Source: Escherichia coli (lineage in GTDB: Bacteria > Pseudomonadota > Gammaproteobacteria > Enterobacterales > Enterobacteriaceae). Taken from it: a DNA stretch of 64,000 nucleotides. The notes beneath the pieces are model-generated. The model worked only from the letters and a program-made list of their open reading frames with translations, was not told the origin of the DNA and did no database searches. This document shows positions 1-16,924 of this stretch, piece after piece; positions within the stretch are counted from its first letter, which is position 1; each line of letters starts with the position of its first letter. A program made the translations under genes and the position numbers. The stretch lies in assembly GCF_003019035.1 (NCBI RefSeq), contig NZ_CP027447.1; one strand, written 5' to 3'.

Positions 1-758
<758 letters not shown>

Positions 759-868
759 CTAACGAAATATCGCTACCAGCCGTTGCGTGTCGTTAACCGC
801 CCGGCTGGTAACTGAAAAGTGGGAATAAGATAAGTTTTCTTGACTGGGAAGTAAAATCCCGTATGCGT

Positions 869-1369
869 TCAGTCGGCAAAATTTCGCCAAATATCCTGGA
901 TATCTTCCATCAGATAGCCACGATAGAGCAGAAAACGCTGGATCTTAACTTTTTCTGAAAAGGCAGTTGGCAAAGGTTCGCCATATTTTCGCGTCGCCTG
1001 ATCGCGCGCCAGTTCGCACCAGTCGATGTCACATTCACGCATCGCTTTTTCTGTCGCTTCGCGGGAAATACCTTTCTGATTCAGTTCCTGACGAATACGC
1101 GCAGGTCCATAACCTTTGCGACTACGACTGGCAATAAAGCGCGCCACAAATCGGCTGTCATCGAGATAGCCATGTTCATGGCACCAGGCGATAACCCGCT
1201 CGTAATCTTCTGCCGTAGCATCAATCTCTTCCGGGCCATTTTTGCCCATAATCGGTGCCGCGAGTTTACGCCGCAGTTCTTGCTCACTGTGATCGCGCAC
1301 CGCCAGAATGCGTACCGCACGATCCAACAGGCGAGCATATGCCGGGCGACGGGATGTTGATTCTGTCAT
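869..1369 (-). CDS. recX: RecA regulator RecX
   Basis: 166-aa ORF ([36 protein letters not shown]...) immediately downstream of recA, as in K-12. Confidence 0.95.
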   Translation of the reverse strand: MTESTSRRPAYARLLDRAVRILAVRDHSEQELRRKLAAPIMGKNGPEEIDATAEDYERVIAWCHEHGYLDDSRFVARFIASRSRKGYGPARIRQELNQKGISREATEKAMRECDIDWCELARDQATRKYGEPLPTAFSEKVKIQRFLLYRGYLMEDIQDIWRNFAD

Positions 1370-1385
1370 GGCATATCCTTACAAC

Positions 1386-1419
1386 TTAAAAAAGCAAAAG
1401 GGCCGCAGATGCGACCCTT
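1386..1419 (-). terminator. recA-recX intercistronic hairpin followed by a T-run (partial terminator)
   Basis: Minus strand reads AAGGGTCGCATCTGCGGCCCTT followed by TTGCTTTTTT. It is a GC-rich stem with one mismatch. Confidence 0.7.
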
Positions 1420-1437
1420 GTGTATCAAACAAGACGA

Positions 1438-2578
<1,141 letters not shown>

Positions 2579-3076
2579 TCAAGTGTTTTGTAGAAATTGT
2601 TGCCACAAGGTCTGCAATGCATACGCAGTAGCCTGACGACGCACCGCATCACGGTCACCGCTGAAGCATTCCCGCCGGGTAATGCCTTCACCACGGGCAG
2701 TGGCAAAAGCAAACCAGACGGTGCCGACAGGCTTCTCTTCACTGCCGCCATCCGGCCCGGCGATACCACTAATAGACACAGCATAATCAGCACGAGCCGC
2801 TTTCAGTGCGCCTATCGCCATTTCCACCACGACAGGCTCGCTCACCGCGCCATGCTGCGCCAGCGTCTCTTCACGTACGCCGATCATTTGCGCTTTGGCT
2901 TCGTTACTGTAGGTGACAAATCCGCGTTCAAACCAGGCGGAGCTACCGGCAATATCGGTAATCACTTTCGCTACCCAACCACCGGTACAAGACTCAGCAG
3001 TTGTTACGGTTGCGCCACGGACTTTCAGCGCCTGCCCAACCTGTTCGCTTAACTGCATCAGTTCACTGTCAGTCAT
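2579..3076 (-). CDS. pncC: NMN amidohydrolase PncC (CinA-like)
   Basis: MTDSELMQLSEQVGQALK...QTLWQQFLQNT, 165 aa from the second ATG. Position between recA and mltB matches K-12. Confidence 0.9.
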   Translation of the reverse strand: MTDSELMQLSEQVGQALKVRGATVTTAESCTGGWVAKVITDIAGSSAWFERGFVTYSNEAKAQMIGVREETLAQHGAVSEPVVVEMAIGALKAARADYAVSISGIAGPDGGSEEKPVGTVWFAFATARGEGITRRECFSGDRDAVRRQATAYALQTLWQQFLQNT

Positions 3077-3220
3077 CACAACCTCTGTCAGTCATAAATT
3101 TATGCCGGACAAGATAGCACTTTCGTCAGGAAGATGGTGTTGGCGTTGCAATTTTACGAGGAGGATTCAGAAAAAAGCTGATTAGCCAGAGGGAAGCTCA
3201 CGCCCCCCTCTTGCAAATAG

Positions 3221-4306
3221 TTACTGCACGCGCGCCAGCGCCACGGCTTGTCCTAACTGCCAGACCGCCATTGCGTAATGGGTGCTGTGGTTATAACGGG
3301 TAATGGTGTAGAAGTTCGGCAGACCGTACCAGTACTGGTAACCTGTTCCAACATCCAGACGCAGCAGGCTGGCTTGTTGATGGTTGCCCAGCGGCTGCTG
3401 TGGCGTTAAACCTGCCGCGGCAAGTTGTGAAATGCTGTACTTGGTTTTGAAGCCATTTGGCAAGCCTGGAGCCTGACCGTTTGCCATCACCGCAACCTGA
3501 TCACCTTTCACCCAGCCGTGCGCTTTGAAATAGTTCGCCACACTACCAATGGCATCAACCGGATCCCACAGGTTGATATGCCCGTCGCCGCTGAAATCTA
3601 CCGCATATTGTTTGTAAGACGACGGCATAAACTGTCCGTAGCCCATCGCCCCGGCAAAGGAACCTTTCAGATTGAGCGGATCGTCCTGCTCATCGCGCGC
3701 CATCAGCAGGAAAGTTTCCAGCTCGCCAGAGAAATACTCCGCGCGGCGTGGGTAGTTAAATGACAGCGTTGCCAGCGCATCGAGGATACGGGTTTTCCCC
3801 ATCACGCGCCCCCAACGGGTTTCAACGCCGATAATCCCGACGATAATTTCCGGCGGTACGCCATACACCTGCCACGCGCGATTCAACGCATCTTCATACT
3901 GATTCCAGAAAACCACACCATTCTGCACGTTGTCCGGCGTAATAAATTTTTTGCGATAACGCAGCCATGCGCCGTTCGGACCTGATGGCGGTTTCACCGA
4001 TGTGGTTGGTGCCTGGTTATCCATCAGCCGCAGTACCGAATCCAGACGTTTCGCCTGAGAGAGAATTTCCTGCAACTGCTGACGATCGAAACCGTGTTTG
4101 TTCACCATTTTGTCGATGAACTGCTGGGCATTCGGGTTATTGGCGAAGTCACCGCCCATCTGCATCACATTGTGCTGCGGCTCAAGCAGGAAGCCGCCAG
4201 ACGGCGTTCCGGTGGTCGTTTCAGTCTCAGTAGGTTTTGGCTTGCTGCTACAGGCGGCAAGCAACACAAAAAGGGGAAGCAATGTTACATAACGACGCTT
4301 GAACAT
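3221..4306 (-). CDS. mltB: membrane-bound lytic murein transglycosylase B (361 aa lipoprotein)
   Basis: Start trimmed to MFKRRYVTLLPLFVLLAACSSKPKP (lipobox LAAC). The longer listed ORF adds 35 unsupported codons. Confidence 0.9.
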   Translation of the reverse strand: MFKRRYVTLLPLFVLLAACSSKPKPTETETTTGTPSGGFLLEPQHNVMQMGGDFANNPNAQQFIDKMVNKHGFDRQQLQEILSQAKRLDSVLRLMDNQAPTTSVKPPSGPNGAWLRYRKKFITPDNVQNGVVFWNQYEDALNRAWQVYGVPPEIIVGIIGVETRWGRVMGKTRILDALATLSFNYPRRAEYFSGELETFLLMARDEQDDPLNLKGSFAGAMGYGQFMPSSYKQYAVDFSGDGHINLWDPVDAIGSVANYFKAHGWVKGDQVAVMANGQAPGLPNGFKTKYSISQLAAAGLTPQQPLGNHQQASLLRLDVGTGYQYWYGLPNFYTITRYNHSTHYAMAVWQLGQAVALARVQ

Positions 4307-4544
4307 GAGGGGTCCATTTAACAGATTCAACCAGGGGCAAGTATGGTAAAGCATCCCGCCCCGCACAAGGAAGCGGTAGTCACTGCCCGATACGGACTTT
4401 ACATAACTCAACTCATTCTCCTCACTACCTTCTTTATATAAACTTTCAAAATAAAATATTTATCTTTCATTTTGCGATCAAAATAACACTTTTAAATCTT
4501 TCAATCTGATTAGATTAGATTGCCGTTTGGTAATAAAACAATAA

Positions 4545-6082
<1,538 letters not shown>

Positions 6083-6092
6083 AGGCTGAAAC

Positions 6093-7247
<1,155 letters not shown>

Positions 7248-7291
7248 TTAACAGCGGAGATCCGTTAAGGATCTCCGCGAGACTAATAGAA

Positions 7292-7324
7292 TGCCTGATG
7301 CGCTACGCTTATCAGGCCTACAGG
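7292..7324. repeat. REP (repetitive extragenic palindrome) element
   Basis: TGCCTGATGCGCTACGCTTATCAGGCCTACAGG is a typical E. coli REP. It is preceded by a 10-bp-stem hairpin at 7254..7278. Confidence 0.7.
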
Positions 7325-7352
7325 ACTTCCGCCACTACATTAAGGAGAAGTT

Positions 7353-7712
7353 ATGGTATCCGCACTCATCACCGTCGCCGTTATCGCCTGGTGTGCGCAA
7401 CTGGCCTTAGGCGGCTGGCAAATTTCTCGTTTTAACCGTGCCTTCGACACACTATGCCAGCAAGGGCGGGTTGGCGTGGGCCGTTCCAGCGGGCGCTTTA
7501 AACCGCGGGTCGTGGTCGCCATCGCCCTGGACGATCAGCAGCGCATCGTCGACACCTTGTTTATGAAAGGACTGACCGTCTTCGCCCGACCGCAAAAAAT
7601 TCCCGCAATTACCGGTATGCATGCGGGTGATTTACAGCCCGATGTGATCTTTCCCCATGATCCACTATCACAGAATGCTCTATCATTGGCGCTTAAACTG
7701 AAACGTGGATAA
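7353..7712 (+). CDS. gutM: glucitol operon activator GutM
   Basis: 119 aa with SD AGGAG upstream, at the syntenic position. Confidence 0.9.
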   Translation: MVSALITVAVIAWCAQLALGGWQISRFNRAFDTLCQQGRVGVGRSSGRFKPRVVVAIALDDQQRIVDTLFMKGLTVFARPQKIPAITGMHAGDLQPDVIFPHDPLSQNALSLALKLKRG

Positions 7713-7778
7713 TTTCGTTGTGAATGTTACTTGCTTGCGAAGTTATCATTTTGAAACCTAAATCAGGTAATCACGCCC

Positions 7779-8552
7779 ATGAAACCTCGTCAGCGTCAGG
7801 CCGCCATTCTGGAGTATCTGCAAAAGCAGGGTAAATGCTCGGTTGAAGAATTGGCGCAATACTTTGACACCACAGGCACAACCATTCGCAAAGATCTGGT
7901 CATTCTGGAACATGCCGGAACCGTCATTCGTACTTATGGCGGAGTGGTGTTGAATAAAGAGGAATCCGATCCGCCTATCGATCATAAAACACTCATCAAC
8001 ACCCACAAGAAAGAGCTGATTGCAGAAGCTGCCGTTAGTTTTATCCATGATGGCGATTCGATCATTCTTGATGCTGGCAGTACCGTTTTGCAGATGGTTC
8101 CCCTGCTCTCGCGCTTTAATAACATCACAGTGATGACCAACAGCCTGCATATCGTCAATGCGCTATCCGAACTGGATAACGAACAAACTATCCTGATGCC
8201 AGGCGGAACATTTCGTAAAAAATCGGCCTCATTTCACGGGCAACTGGCAGAGAATGCCTTCGAGCATTTCACCTTCGATAAATTGTTTATGGGCACCGAC
8301 GGCATCGATCTCAATGCGGGCGTAACCACCTTCAACGAGGTCTATACCGTCAGTAAGGCGATGTGTAATGCCGCGCGCGAAGTGATTTTGATGGCTGACT
8401 CATCGAAGTTTGGTCGTAAAAGCCCCAACGTGGTTTGTAGTCTTGAAAGCGTCGATAAGCTAATTACCGACGCAGGTATCGATCCAGCGTTTCGTCAGGC
8501 GCTGGAAGAAAAAGGGATCGACGTGATCATAACCGGAGAGAGCAATGAGTGA
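7779..8552 (+). CDS. srlR: glucitol operon repressor (DeoR family)
   Basis: 257 aa with a DeoR-type N-terminal HTH ([40 protein letters not shown]). Confidence 0.9.
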
Positions 8553-9510
8553 AGCACTACTGAACGCGGGACGTCAGACGTTAATGCTGGAGTTGCAGGA
8601 AGCAAGCCATTTACCGGAACGTCTGGGCGATGATTTTGTTCGCGCCGCCAATATCATCCTGCACTGCGAAGGCAAAGTGGTGGTTTCGGGAATTGGCAAA
8701 TCGGGCCACATTGGTAAGAAAATCGCCGCAACGCTTGCCAGCACTGGCACACCGGCTTTTTTTGTCCATCCGGCAGAAGCACTGCACGGCGATCTGGGGA
8801 TGATTGAAAGCCGCGATGTGATGCTGTTTATCTCTTACTCCGGTGGCGCGAAGGAACTGGATCTCATTATTCCGCGTCTGGAAGACAAATCTATCGCGCT
8901 GCTGGCAATGACCGGAAAACCGACGTCACCGCTGGGCCTGGCGGCGAAAGCGGTGCTGGATATCTCCGTAGAACGCGAAGCCTGCCCGATGCATCTTGCG
9001 CCGACCTCCAGCACCGTGAATACCCTGATGATGGGCGACGCGTTGGCGATGGCAGTCATGCAGGCGCGTGGTTTTAATGAAGAAGATTTTGCCCGCTCCC
9101 ACCCAGCCGGGGCACTGGGCGCTCGCTTGCTGAATAAAGTGCATCATCTGATGCGCCGTGATGACGCTATTCCGCAGGTAGCGTTAACCGCCAGCGTGAT
9201 GGATGCGATGCTGGAACTCAGCCGCACCGGTCTGGGGCTGGTGGCAGTATGTGACGCTCAGCAACAGGTACAAGGCGTCTTTACCGACGGTGATTTACGT
9301 CGCTGGCTGGTTGGCGGCGGCGCACTCACCACGCCAGTCAATGAAGCGATGACGGTCGGCGGCACCACGTTGCAATCGCAAAGCCGTGCCATCGACGCCA
9401 AAGAAATCCTGATGAAACGCAAAATCACCGCCGCACCGGTAGTGGATGAAAACGGCAAACTCACCGGCGCAATTAACCTGCAGGATTTCTATCAGGCCGG
9501 GATTATTTAA
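8545..9510 (+). CDS. gutQ: D-arabinose 5-phosphate isomerase GutQ (SIS + CBS domains)
   Basis: 321 aa with SIS motif [15 protein letters not shown]. It overlaps the end of srlR by 8 nt, as in K-12. Confidence 0.9.
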
Positions 9511-11021
9511 TCCTTCAGCCCCAGACGTTTCGCCAACCGATGCAAGTTGGCGACGTCGGTTTCCAGCATCCGTGCGCTGGCAGCCCAGTTGTGATGATTT
9601 TGTGCCAGTGCCTGACGAATGGTTTCACGCTGGAACGCTTCTGTCGCTTCACGCAGGTTTTGCTTAACGATAGGCACCGCCGCCGCTTCTGGCGGCGGCA
9701 ACGTCACCTCAGGAAAAGCAAAATGTTGCGCTTCAAGAATCACTTCATCGCCGCTGCGAGTGGCTCTCGCCAGCACTACCGCCCGATGAATAGCATGTTC
9801 CAGTTCACGAACGTTCCCCGGAAAATTGTAGTGTTGCAGTAAATTTCGCGCTCCGGCACTTAATACCACGCGGGAGAGCCCCAACCGCAGGCGGCACTGT
9901 TCGCAGAAATACCCCGCCAGCAGAATGACATCATCGCCCCGCTCACGCAGCGGCGGCACTGAAAGTGGAAACACGCTCAGGCGGTGGAACAAGTCAGCGC
10001 GAAATCGCCCTGCCAGTACCTCTTCGCGTAAGTCACGGTTAGTCGCCGCCAGCACGCGCACATCGACCCGCAAACTGCGGTCATCGCCAACGCGCTGAAT
10101 ATCGCCATACTGCAACACCCGCAGCAGCTTGGCCTGCAATGCCAACGACAACTCGCCGATCTCATCCAGAAACAGCGTGCCGTTATCCGCCATTTCAAAC
10201 TTCCCGCTGCGGTTACTGATAGCGCCAGTAAACGCCCCTTTCACGTGCCCGAACAACTCACTTTCCGCCACACTTTCCGGCAGTGCGGCACAGTTGAGAT
10301 AGACCAGCGGATTCACCGCCCTTGGCGAGGCTTCATGAATCGCTTTCGCCACCAGCTCCTTACCGGTTCCCGTCTCACCGCTGATTAAGACGTTGAGATC
10401 GGACGCCGCCACAATCTCAATCTCTTTTTTCAATTGCGTCATGCCTGGCGACAGACCGATCATCTGCGTCTGTTTCACCGCTTCAAACGGCGCGGCATCG
10501 CCCGGCAGCATATTCTGGCTTTCCAGTTGCTCAATCAGCAACGCATTGCTTAACGCTCCCGCCGCCAGCGCGGCAATCAGGCGTAACTCTTCGTCGCTGA
10601 AAACATCGAACTGATCGGGCTGCATCCCGTCGAGCGTCAATGCGCCGATCAGGTTTTGCCCGGCAAACAATGGCAGACCAACGCAGGCGTGAACCTTCAG
10701 ACTCTCCTGCCCGGGAATCAAACCGTCATAGGGATCGGGCAATTCGCTGTCTGCGGGAAAGCGCACCACGTCCCCGGCGCGGGCAATCGCTTCCAGCCGT
10801 GGATGCCCTTCCAGCGCAAAGCGTCTACCGAGTACATCCTTCGCCAGCCCGTCGATGGCAAGCGGAATAAACTGCCGCGAGTCATAACGTAGCAACGCAG
10901 AGGCATCACACTCCAGCACCTGACGCAGCGTGGTGATCAGGCGCTGAAAACGATCCTGATGACCAATCCCACGCTGCAATTCGATGGCGATATTCGCCAG
11001 CACATCAACGGAAAAACTCAT
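9507..11021 (-). CDS. norR: sigma54-dependent NO-responsive activator NorR
   Basis: 504 aa with a GAF N-terminus and an AAA+ core ([14 protein letters not shown] motif in [13 protein letters not shown]). It lies divergent from norV. Confidence 0.95.
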   Translation of the reverse strand: MSFSVDVLANIAIELQRGIGHQDRFQRLITTLRQVLECDASALLRYDSRQFIPLAIDGLAKDVLGRRFALEGHPRLEAIARAGDVVRFPADSELPDPYDGLIPGQESLKVHACVGLPLFAGQNLIGALTLDGMQPDQFDVFSDEELRLIAALAAGALSNALLIEQLESQNMLPGDAAPFEAVKQTQMIGLSPGMTQLKKEIEIVAASDLNVLISGETGTGKELVAKAIHEASPRAVNPLVYLNCAALPESVAESELFGHVKGAFTGAISNRSGKFEMADNGTLFLDEIGELSLALQAKLLRVLQYGDIQRVGDDRSLRVDVRVLAATNRDLREEVLAGRFRADLFHRLSVFPLSVPPLRERGDDVILLAGYFCEQCRLRLGLSRVVLSAGARNLLQHYNFPGNVRELEHAIHRAVVLARATRSGDEVILEAQHFAFPEVTLPPPEAAAVPIVKQNLREATEAFQRETIRQALAQNHHNWAASARMLETDVANLHRLAKRLGLKD

Positions 11022-11033
11022 CTTTGCCTCACT

Positions 11034-11089
11034 GTCAATTTGACTATAGATATTGTCATATCGACCATTTTATTGATAGTCATTTTGAC
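11034..11089. promoter_or_regulatory. three NorR binding sites (GT-N7-AC)
   Basis: GTCAATTTGAC at 11034..11044, GTCATATCGAC at 11055..11065 and GTCATTTTGAC at 11079..11089, in the norR-norV intergenic region. Confidence 0.8.
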
Positions 11090-11144
11090 TACTCATTAAT
11101 GAGCACAATTTTATTTATAGAGTAAAAACAATCAGATAAAAAAC

Positions 11145-11160
11145 TGGCACGCAATCTGCA
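11145..11160 (+). promoter_or_regulatory. sigma54 promoter of norVW
   Basis: TGGCACGCAATCTGCA has the GG-N10-GC geometry and lies about 50 bp upstream of the norV ATG. Confidence 0.85.
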
Positions 11161-11207
11161 ATTAGCAAGACATCTTTTTAGAACACGCTGAATAAATTGA
11201 GGTTGCT

Positions 11208-12647
11208 ATGTCTATTGTGGTGAAAAATAACATTCATTGGGTTGGTCAACGTGACTGGGAAGTGCGTGATTTTCACGGTACAGAATATAAAACGCTGCGC
11301 GGCAGCAGCTACAACAGCTACCTCATCCGTGAAGAAAAAAACGTGCTGATCGACACCGTCGACCATAAATTCAGCCGCGAATTTGTGCAGAACCTGCGTA
11401 ATGAAATCGATCTGGCGGATATCGATTACATCGTGATTAACCATGCAGAAGAGGACCACGCCGGGGCGCTGACCGAACTGATGGCGCAAATTCCCGATAC
11501 GCCGATCTACTGTACAGCCAACGCTATCGACTCGATAAATGGTCATCACCATCATCCGGAGTGGAATTTTAATGTGGTGAAAACTGGCGACACGCTGGAT
11601 ATCGGCAACGGCAAACAGCTCATTTTTGTCGAAACGCCAATGCTGCACTGGCCGGACAGCATGATGACTTACCTGACAGGCGACGTGGTGCTGTTCAGTA
11701 ACGATGCTTTCGGTCAGCACTACTGCGACGAGCATCTGTTCAACGATGAAGTGGATCAGACGGAGCTTTTCGAGCAGTGCCAGCGTTACTACGCCAATAT
11801 CCTGACGCCGTTCAGCCGCCTGGTAACGCCGAAAATTACCGAGATCCTGGGCTTTAACTTGCCAGTCGATATGATAGCGACCTCTCACGGCGTGGTATGG
11901 CGCGATAACCCGACGCAAATTGTCGAGCTGTACCTGAAATGGGCGGCGGATTATCAGGAAGACAGAATCACCATTTTCTACGACACCATGTCGAATAACA
12001 CCCGCATGATGGCTGACGCTATCGCCCAGGGGATTGCGGAAACCGACCCACGCGTGGCAGTGAAAATTTTCAACGTCGCCCGAAGCGATAAAAACGAAAT
12101 CCTGACCAATGTCTTCCGCTCAAAAGGCGTGCTGGTCGGCACCTCTACGATGAATAATGTGATGATGCCGAAAATCGCCGGGCTGGTGGAGGAGATGACC
12201 GGATTACGCTTCCGTAACAAACGCGCCAGTGCTTTCGGCTCTCACGGCTGGAGCGGCGGTGCGGTGGATCGTCTTTCCACGCGCCTGCAGGATGCGGGTT
12301 TCGAAATGTCGCTTAGCCTGAAAGCCAAATGGCGACCAGACCAGGACGCTCTGGAGTTATGTCGTGAACACGGTCGCGAAATCGCCCGTCAGTGGGCGCT
12401 CGCGCCGCTGCCACAGAGCACGGTGAATACGGTGGTTGAAGAAGAAACCTCTGCCGCCACGACGGCTGACCTCGGCCCACGGATGCAGTGCAGCGTCTGC
12501 CAGTGGATTTACGATCCGGCAAAAGGCGAGCCAATGCAGGACGTTGCGCCAGGAACGCCGTGGAGTGAAGTCCCGGATAACTTCCTGTGCCCGGAATGCT
12601 CTCTCGGCAAAGACGTCTTTGACGAACTGGCATCGGAGGCAAAATGA
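11208..12647 (+). CDS. norV: anaerobic NO reductase flavorubredoxin
   Basis: 479 aa, full length. The metallo-beta-lactamase-like motif HAEEDHAG and a C-terminal rubredoxin ([10 protein letters not shown]...FLCPEC) are present. Confidence 0.95.
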   Translation: MSIVVKNNIHWVGQRDWEVRDFHGTEYKTLRGSSYNSYLIREEKNVLIDTVDHKFSREFVQNLRNEIDLADIDYIVINHAEEDHAGALTELMAQIPDTPIYCTANAIDSINGHHHHPEWNFNVVKTGDTLDIGNGKQLIFVETPMLHWPDSMMTYLTGDVVLFSNDAFGQHYCDEHLFNDEVDQTELFEQCQRYYANILTPFSRLVTPKITEILGFNLPVDMIATSHGVVWRDNPTQIVELYLKWAADYQEDRITIFYDTMSNNTRMMADAIAQGIAETDPRVAVKIFNVARSDKNEILTNVFRSKGVLVGTSTMNNVMMPKIAGLVEEMTGLRFRNKRASAFGSHGWSGGAVDRLSTRLQDAGFEMSLSLKAKWRPDQDALELCREHGREIARQWALAPLPQSTVNTVVEEETSAATTADLGPRMQCSVCQWIYDPAKGEPMQDVAPGTPWSEVPDNFLCPECSLGKDVFDELASEAK

Positions 12648-13777
12648 GCAACGGCATTGTGATCATTGGTTCGGGCTTCGCCGCCCGCCAACTGGTGAAA
12701 AATATTCGCAAACAGGACGCCTGTATTCCATTAACCCTGATTGCCGTCGACAGCATGGATGAGTACAACAAACCGGATCTCAGCCATGTTATCAGTCAGG
12801 GGCAACGTGCCGACGACCTTACCCGCCAGACGGCGGGTGAATTTGCCGGGCAGTTTAATCTGCACCTGTTTCCGCACACCTGGGTGACGGATATCGATGC
12901 CGAAGCCCATGTGGTGAAAAGCCAGAATAATCAGTGGCGATACGACAAGCTGGTGCTGGCAACTGGTGCCAGCGCCTTTGTCCCGCCTGTGCCCGGGCGT
13001 GAGTTAATGCTGACGTTAAATAGTCAGCAAGAGTATCGCGCCTGTGAAACGCAACTGCGGGATGCCCGACGCGTGTTGATTGTTGGCGGTGGCTTGATTG
13101 GTAGCGAGCTGGCGATGGATTTTTGTCGGGCAGGCAAAGCGGTCACGCTGATCGACAACGCTGCCAGTATTCTGGCGTCGTTAATGCCACCGGAAGTAAG
13201 CAGCCGCTTGCAGCATCGGTTGACGGAGATGGGCGTTCATCTGCTGTTAAAATCTCAGTTGCAGGGGCTGGAAAAAACGGATTCTGGCATTCTGGCAACG
13301 CTGGACCGCCAGCGTTGCATCGAAGTGGATGCGGTAATTGCCGCCACCGGGCTGCGCCCGGAAACCGCCCTGGCACGACGCGCCGGGCTGACGATTAATC
13401 GCGGCGTTTGCGTCGATAGTTATCTGCAAACCAGTAATGCCGATATTTATGCGCTGGGCGATTGCGCGGAAATTAACGGTCAGGTATTGCCGTTCCTCCA
13501 GCCGATTCAACTTAGCGCGATGGTGCTGGCAAAAAATCTTCTCGGCAATAACACGCCGCTGAAACTCCCGGCGATGCTGGTGAAAATCAAAACGCCAGAA
13601 TTACCGCTGCATCTGGCTGGCGAAACCCAGCGTCAGGATTTACGCTGGCAAATTAATACCGAACGCCAGGGAATGGTTGCGCGCGGTGTTGACGATGGTG
13701 ACCAGCTTCGCGCCTTTGTGGTCAGTGAGGATCGGATGAAAGAGGCGTTTGGATTGTTGAAAACGTTGTCGATGTAG
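12644..13777 (+). CDS. norW: NADH:flavorubredoxin reductase
   Basis: 377 aa with FAD/NAD motifs [10 protein letters not shown] and [12 protein letters not shown]. It has an ATGA overlap with norV. Confidence 0.95.
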   Translation: MSNGIVIIGSGFAARQLVKNIRKQDACIPLTLIAVDSMDEYNKPDLSHVISQGQRADDLTRQTAGEFAGQFNLHLFPHTWVTDIDAEAHVVKSQNNQWRYDKLVLATGASAFVPPVPGRELMLTLNSQQEYRACETQLRDARRVLIVGGGLIGSELAMDFCRAGKAVTLIDNAASILASLMPPEVSSRLQHRLTEMGVHLLLKSQLQGLEKTDSGILATLDRQRCIEVDAVIAATGLRPETALARRAGLTINRGVCVDSYLQTSNADIYALGDCAEINGQVLPFLQPIQLSAMVLAKNLLGNNTPLKLPAMLVKIKTPELPLHLAGETQRQDLRWQINTERQGMVARGVDDGDQLRAFVVSEDRMKEAFGLLKTLSM

Positions 13778-13786
13778 GCATGGTTT

Positions 13787-13812
13787 TCTCCCTCGCCCAA
13801 AGGGCGAGGGGA
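13787..13812. terminator. hairpin between the convergent genes norW and hypF
   Basis: TCTCCCTCGCCC-AAA-GGGCGAGGGGA, a GC-rich stem with one mismatch. No clean U-run follows on either side. Confidence 0.5.
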
Positions 13813-13855
13813 CTGTCCGCGCTACTTTTAACGCTTAGTTACGCCACATCCGCCA

Positions 13856-16096
13856 CTATGCAGCATGCAGGATGCGCGCCGCAGCAATAACCCCCTGCCC
13901 CAGAGACAAGCCGCCATCACCCGCCGGTAAACTCTGCGGAAAGAGTAATGTGAAATCAGCGAGATAATGCGCCAGGCGTGTACGCAGCAATCGGTTATGA
14001 ATAACCCCACCGCTAAATACCAGCGTAGTGATACCGCGCATCGTGGCCTGCTCACGCATCAACGCGGCAAAACCCTGCGCCAGCGCATCATGAAACGCCC
14101 ACGCGCGTTGATTAACCGGTGCCTGCCAGTTCAGCCACTGCTGCCAGAAAGTGGCGAGATCCAGTTGATTGTCCACCAGCGGTATCGTCACCGGATGCGT
14201 CACTCCGTCGCATGAGGCTGCGAGCGCCTCCAGAGCACAAGCCGCTTCACCTTCATAACTTAACGTGGCTGGCGCACAGCCCAGTGCCGCCGCCACAGCA
14301 TCGAACAAACGCCCACACGACGACGCCAGCGGCGCGTTAATTCCACGCTCAATGGCCCGCGCCAGCACGCTCCAGTTTTGCTGTTGCACACTTGCCGTTT
14401 CAGGGTAATTCTGCCACTCCGGCACAAAGCGCAGGCACTGCGCCAGCAGGTTACGCCACGGCTGCTTCGCCGCAAAATCGCCACCCGGAAGCGCCACCGC
14501 AGGCAAGCCGCCCAGATGCTGGCATTCGCGATAGTTCACCCGCAGACACTCGCCGCCCCACAAAGCGCCATTCTCCCCCATACCGATACCGTCGAGCGTC
14601 AACGCAATGACATCACCGCCATCCAGTGGCCAGTGATGTTCTGCCAGACACGCCGCCGCGTGGGCATGATGATGCAGCACCGTTTGCGTCGGCAGATTCA
14701 TTTCGCGCGCCCACTGGCTGGAGACATAGCCCGGATGCGCGTCATGCACAACGTATTGCGGAGTGAAATCGTAGATGTTTTGCATCAGGCGTAACGCTTC
14801 GCGCCACTGCATCTGGATGCCATCGTCACTTAAATCGCCCAGATGCTGACTCAACACCGCTTGTTCACCGCGCACCAGGCAGAAGGTGTTTTTCAGATCC
14901 GCGCCGAGACACAGCACAGGCGGAACATTTTTAAAGCCCGGAGGCAAAGCCAGCGCATCCGGCACATACCCCCGCGAACGGCGCAGCATTTCGCCGCTTT
15001 CGCGCACCACCGAATCATCCATCCGCTGCACGATGTCGCGGTTATGTATCAAGAATCCGTCGGCAATCCCCTGCAAATCCGCCAGCGCCTGTTCGTTGCT
15101 GATAGCTGGTGGTTTACCGCTCAGGTTGCCGGAGGTCATCACCAGCGGGCATTGCAGTTCCTGTAACAGCAAATGCTGGAGCGGGTTCGCAGGCAACATC
15201 ACCCCAACTTCGTTAAGGCCAGGGGCGATATCATCACAAAGCTCAGGTATGTATTTTTTATCCACCAGCACAATCGGCGCAGCGGGCGTGGTAAGCAACT
15301 GGCGCGCAGCGTCTGGTAAACTTTCTGCCACTGGCAACATGACTGCCAGCGGTTTCGCCGGGCGATATTTGCGCTCCCGCAGTGTTGCCACCGCGTTACT
15401 GTTACGCGCATCGCAGGCGAGATGAAATCCGCCAATCCCTTTGATGGCGACAATGTTGCCCATTTTTAACTGTGCGATAGCTGCCTGTAATGCCGCCTCT
15501 TGTTCTGCATGTTCACCATGACTTACCCATTCAAGATGTGGGCCACACTCCGGGCAGGCCACCGGCTGGGCGTGGAAGCGACGATCGAGCGGGTCGCGGT
15601 ACTCTTTATCGCAGGCCGGACATAGCGGAAACGCCTCCATCACGGTAAACGGGCGGTCGTAAGGCATCGCGCGAATAATAGTGAAACGTGGGCCGCAGTG
15701 AGTACAGTTGATAAACGGATAACGATAACGCCGCTCGCCTGGGGTATTCATTTCAGCAAGACAGGCAGGACAAGTGGCGGCATCGGGAACAATTTGCGTA
15801 TTCATGACGCCGCCTGCGCTCTGGCGGATAGTGAACTCAGTGGGCAGTTGTGACCAGATAAACGGCTCACGCTCGACGCTATCAATACGCGCCAGCGGCG
15901 GGCAGTGCTGATGCAACTGCACAAGAAACGTTTCCGGGGCTTCCAGCAGCCGGACTTCTACGCCATCGCCGTCATTACAGACATCGCCGTGAAGATTTAA
16001 TTGCTGTGCCAACTGCCAGACAAACGGACGAAAACCGACGCCCTGCACTTTGCCACGAATACGCAGTTGGACACCGCAAGATGTGTTTTTTGCCAT
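13856..16096 (-). CDS. hypF: hydrogenase maturation carbamoyltransferase HypF
   Basis: Start trimmed to [33 protein letters not shown] (acylphosphatase domain). Zinc-finger CxxC pairs and a YrdC-like region follow. Confidence 0.95.
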   Translation of the reverse strand: MAKNTSCGVQLRIRGKVQGVGFRPFVWQLAQQLNLHGDVCNDGDGVEVRLLEAPETFLVQLHQHCPPLARIDSVEREPFIWSQLPTEFTIRQSAGGVMNTQIVPDAATCPACLAEMNTPGERRYRYPFINCTHCGPRFTIIRAMPYDRPFTVMEAFPLCPACDKEYRDPLDRRFHAQPVACPECGPHLEWVSHGEHAEQEAALQAAIAQLKMGNIVAIKGIGGFHLACDARNSNAVATLRERKYRPAKPLAVMLPVAESLPDAARQLLTTPAAPIVLVDKKYIPELCDDIAPGLNEVGVMLPANPLQHLLLQELQCPLVMTSGNLSGKPPAISNEQALADLQGIADGFLIHNRDIVQRMDDSVVRESGEMLRRSRGYVPDALALPPGFKNVPPVLCLGADLKNTFCLVRGEQAVLSQHLGDLSDDGIQMQWREALRLMQNIYDFTPQYVVHDAHPGYVSSQWAREMNLPTQTVLHHHAHAAACLAEHHWPLDGGDVIALTLDGIGMGENGALWGGECLRVNYRECQHLGGLPAVALPGGDFAAKQPWRNLLAQCLRFVPEWQNYPETASVQQQNWSVLARAIERGINAPLASSCGRLFDAVAAALGCAPATLSYEGEAACALEALAASCDGVTHPVTIPLVDNQLDLATFWQQWLNWQAPVNQRAWAFHDALAQGFAALMREQATMRGITTLVFSGGVIHNRLLRTRLAHYLADFTLLFPQSLPAGDGGLSLGQGVIAAARILHAA

Positions 16097-16248
16097 TGAG
16101 TTATTCCCGCCATCATGAATTGCGTAACCCGCCCTGCCGGACACGACAGCGTCGTATCCGGCAATCACAGGTCGGCGATACCGCCCGCTCCGTATTCTAC
16201 GAATATTTCCGGGAATTCCTTTGATGCCAGAACAGTTCAGTAAGATTT

Positions 16249-16776
16249 TTAGAACATCAGCGCCGTACGGCGACGTTTTTCTGCGCTCAGTTGTTCAAGT
16301 TTATTACGATCGACACAAATCAGCGCATGGGTCGGGCAAGCCGCCATACACGCCGGGCCGTCTTCACGATGGTTACAGAGGTCGCATTTATTAGCTTCGG
16401 CTTTGTCAGCGCGTACGTTAAGCCCTGCGCCGCTGTTGCGAATCACCGGACGTACCACCACTTCCATCGCGCCATACGGGCAAGCCACAACGCAGGTTTT
16501 GCAACCAATGCAACGTTCCTGCATCACATGAACAAACCCTTTATCACGGCTGATAGCACCATTCGGGCAGACGTTAGCGCACGGTGCATCTTCACACTGA
16601 CGGCAGACTGTTGCCGTGGAAATGTTCACACCTTTAATGACATGGATTCGCGGTAAAAAAGTTTCCGGGGTCAGCGATGCACAGTCCTGATTCTCCTGAT
16701 GAGAAACCACGCACGCCACTTCACAGGTACGGCAACCAATACATTTACTCGCGTCAGCAATGATGAAACGGTTCAT
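16249..16776 (-). CDS. hydN: 4Fe-4S ferredoxin-type electron transfer protein HydN
   Basis: [23 protein letters not shown]... with several CxxCxxCxxxC clusters. The start was trimmed by 5 codons from the listed ORF. Confidence 0.9.
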   Translation of the reverse strand: MNRFIIADASKCIGCRTCEVACVVSHQENQDCASLTPETFLPRIHVIKGVNISTATVCRQCEDAPCANVCPNGAISRDKGFVHVMQERCIGCKTCVVACPYGAMEVVVRPVIRNSGAGLNVRADKAEANKCDLCNHREDGPACMAACPTHALICVDRNKLEQLSAEKRRRTALMF

Positions 16777-16884
16777 CAAATTCTCCAGCAATGACAGTTA
16801 ATGCGCCGATACATTCACAAATCATGCCAGTTTTTAATTTACTGTTATTTAAAGAAATTAAATTCTGTAATGCAGGAAAAACGA

Positions 16885-16910
16885 TGTCATCGACACTAGT
16901 GACGATGACA
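16885..16910. promoter_or_regulatory. 26-bp near-perfect palindrome upstream of hydN-hypF (candidate FhlA UAS)
   Basis: TGTCATCGACACTAGTGACGATGACA is a dyad with 2 mismatches. A TGGCAT-containing sigma54-like element lies near 16813..30 on the minus strand. The function is inferred from the known FhlA dependence of this operon. Confidence 0.45.
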
Positions 16911-16924
16911 TGTGTTGACAATGT

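Noticed and set aside
9507-9510. Convergent 4-nt overlap of the gutQ and norR stop codons
   Set aside because: This is the native K-12 arrangement as I recall it, not a rearrangement or assembly artefact.
11178-11918. 246-aa minus-strand ORF overlapping the norV 5' half
   Set aside because: It is antisense to norV, which is full length with recognisable motifs. It would also run through the sigma54 promoter.
13856-16168. Longer N-terminal extensions offered by the ORF track for hypF, and likewise for recA, mltB, hydN, ascG, ascB, hycE, the invertase and several phage genes
   Set aside because: The track uses the most upstream start, including TTG and GTG. The internal ATGs reproduce the known N-termini or have proper SD spacing, so the extensions were trimmed.
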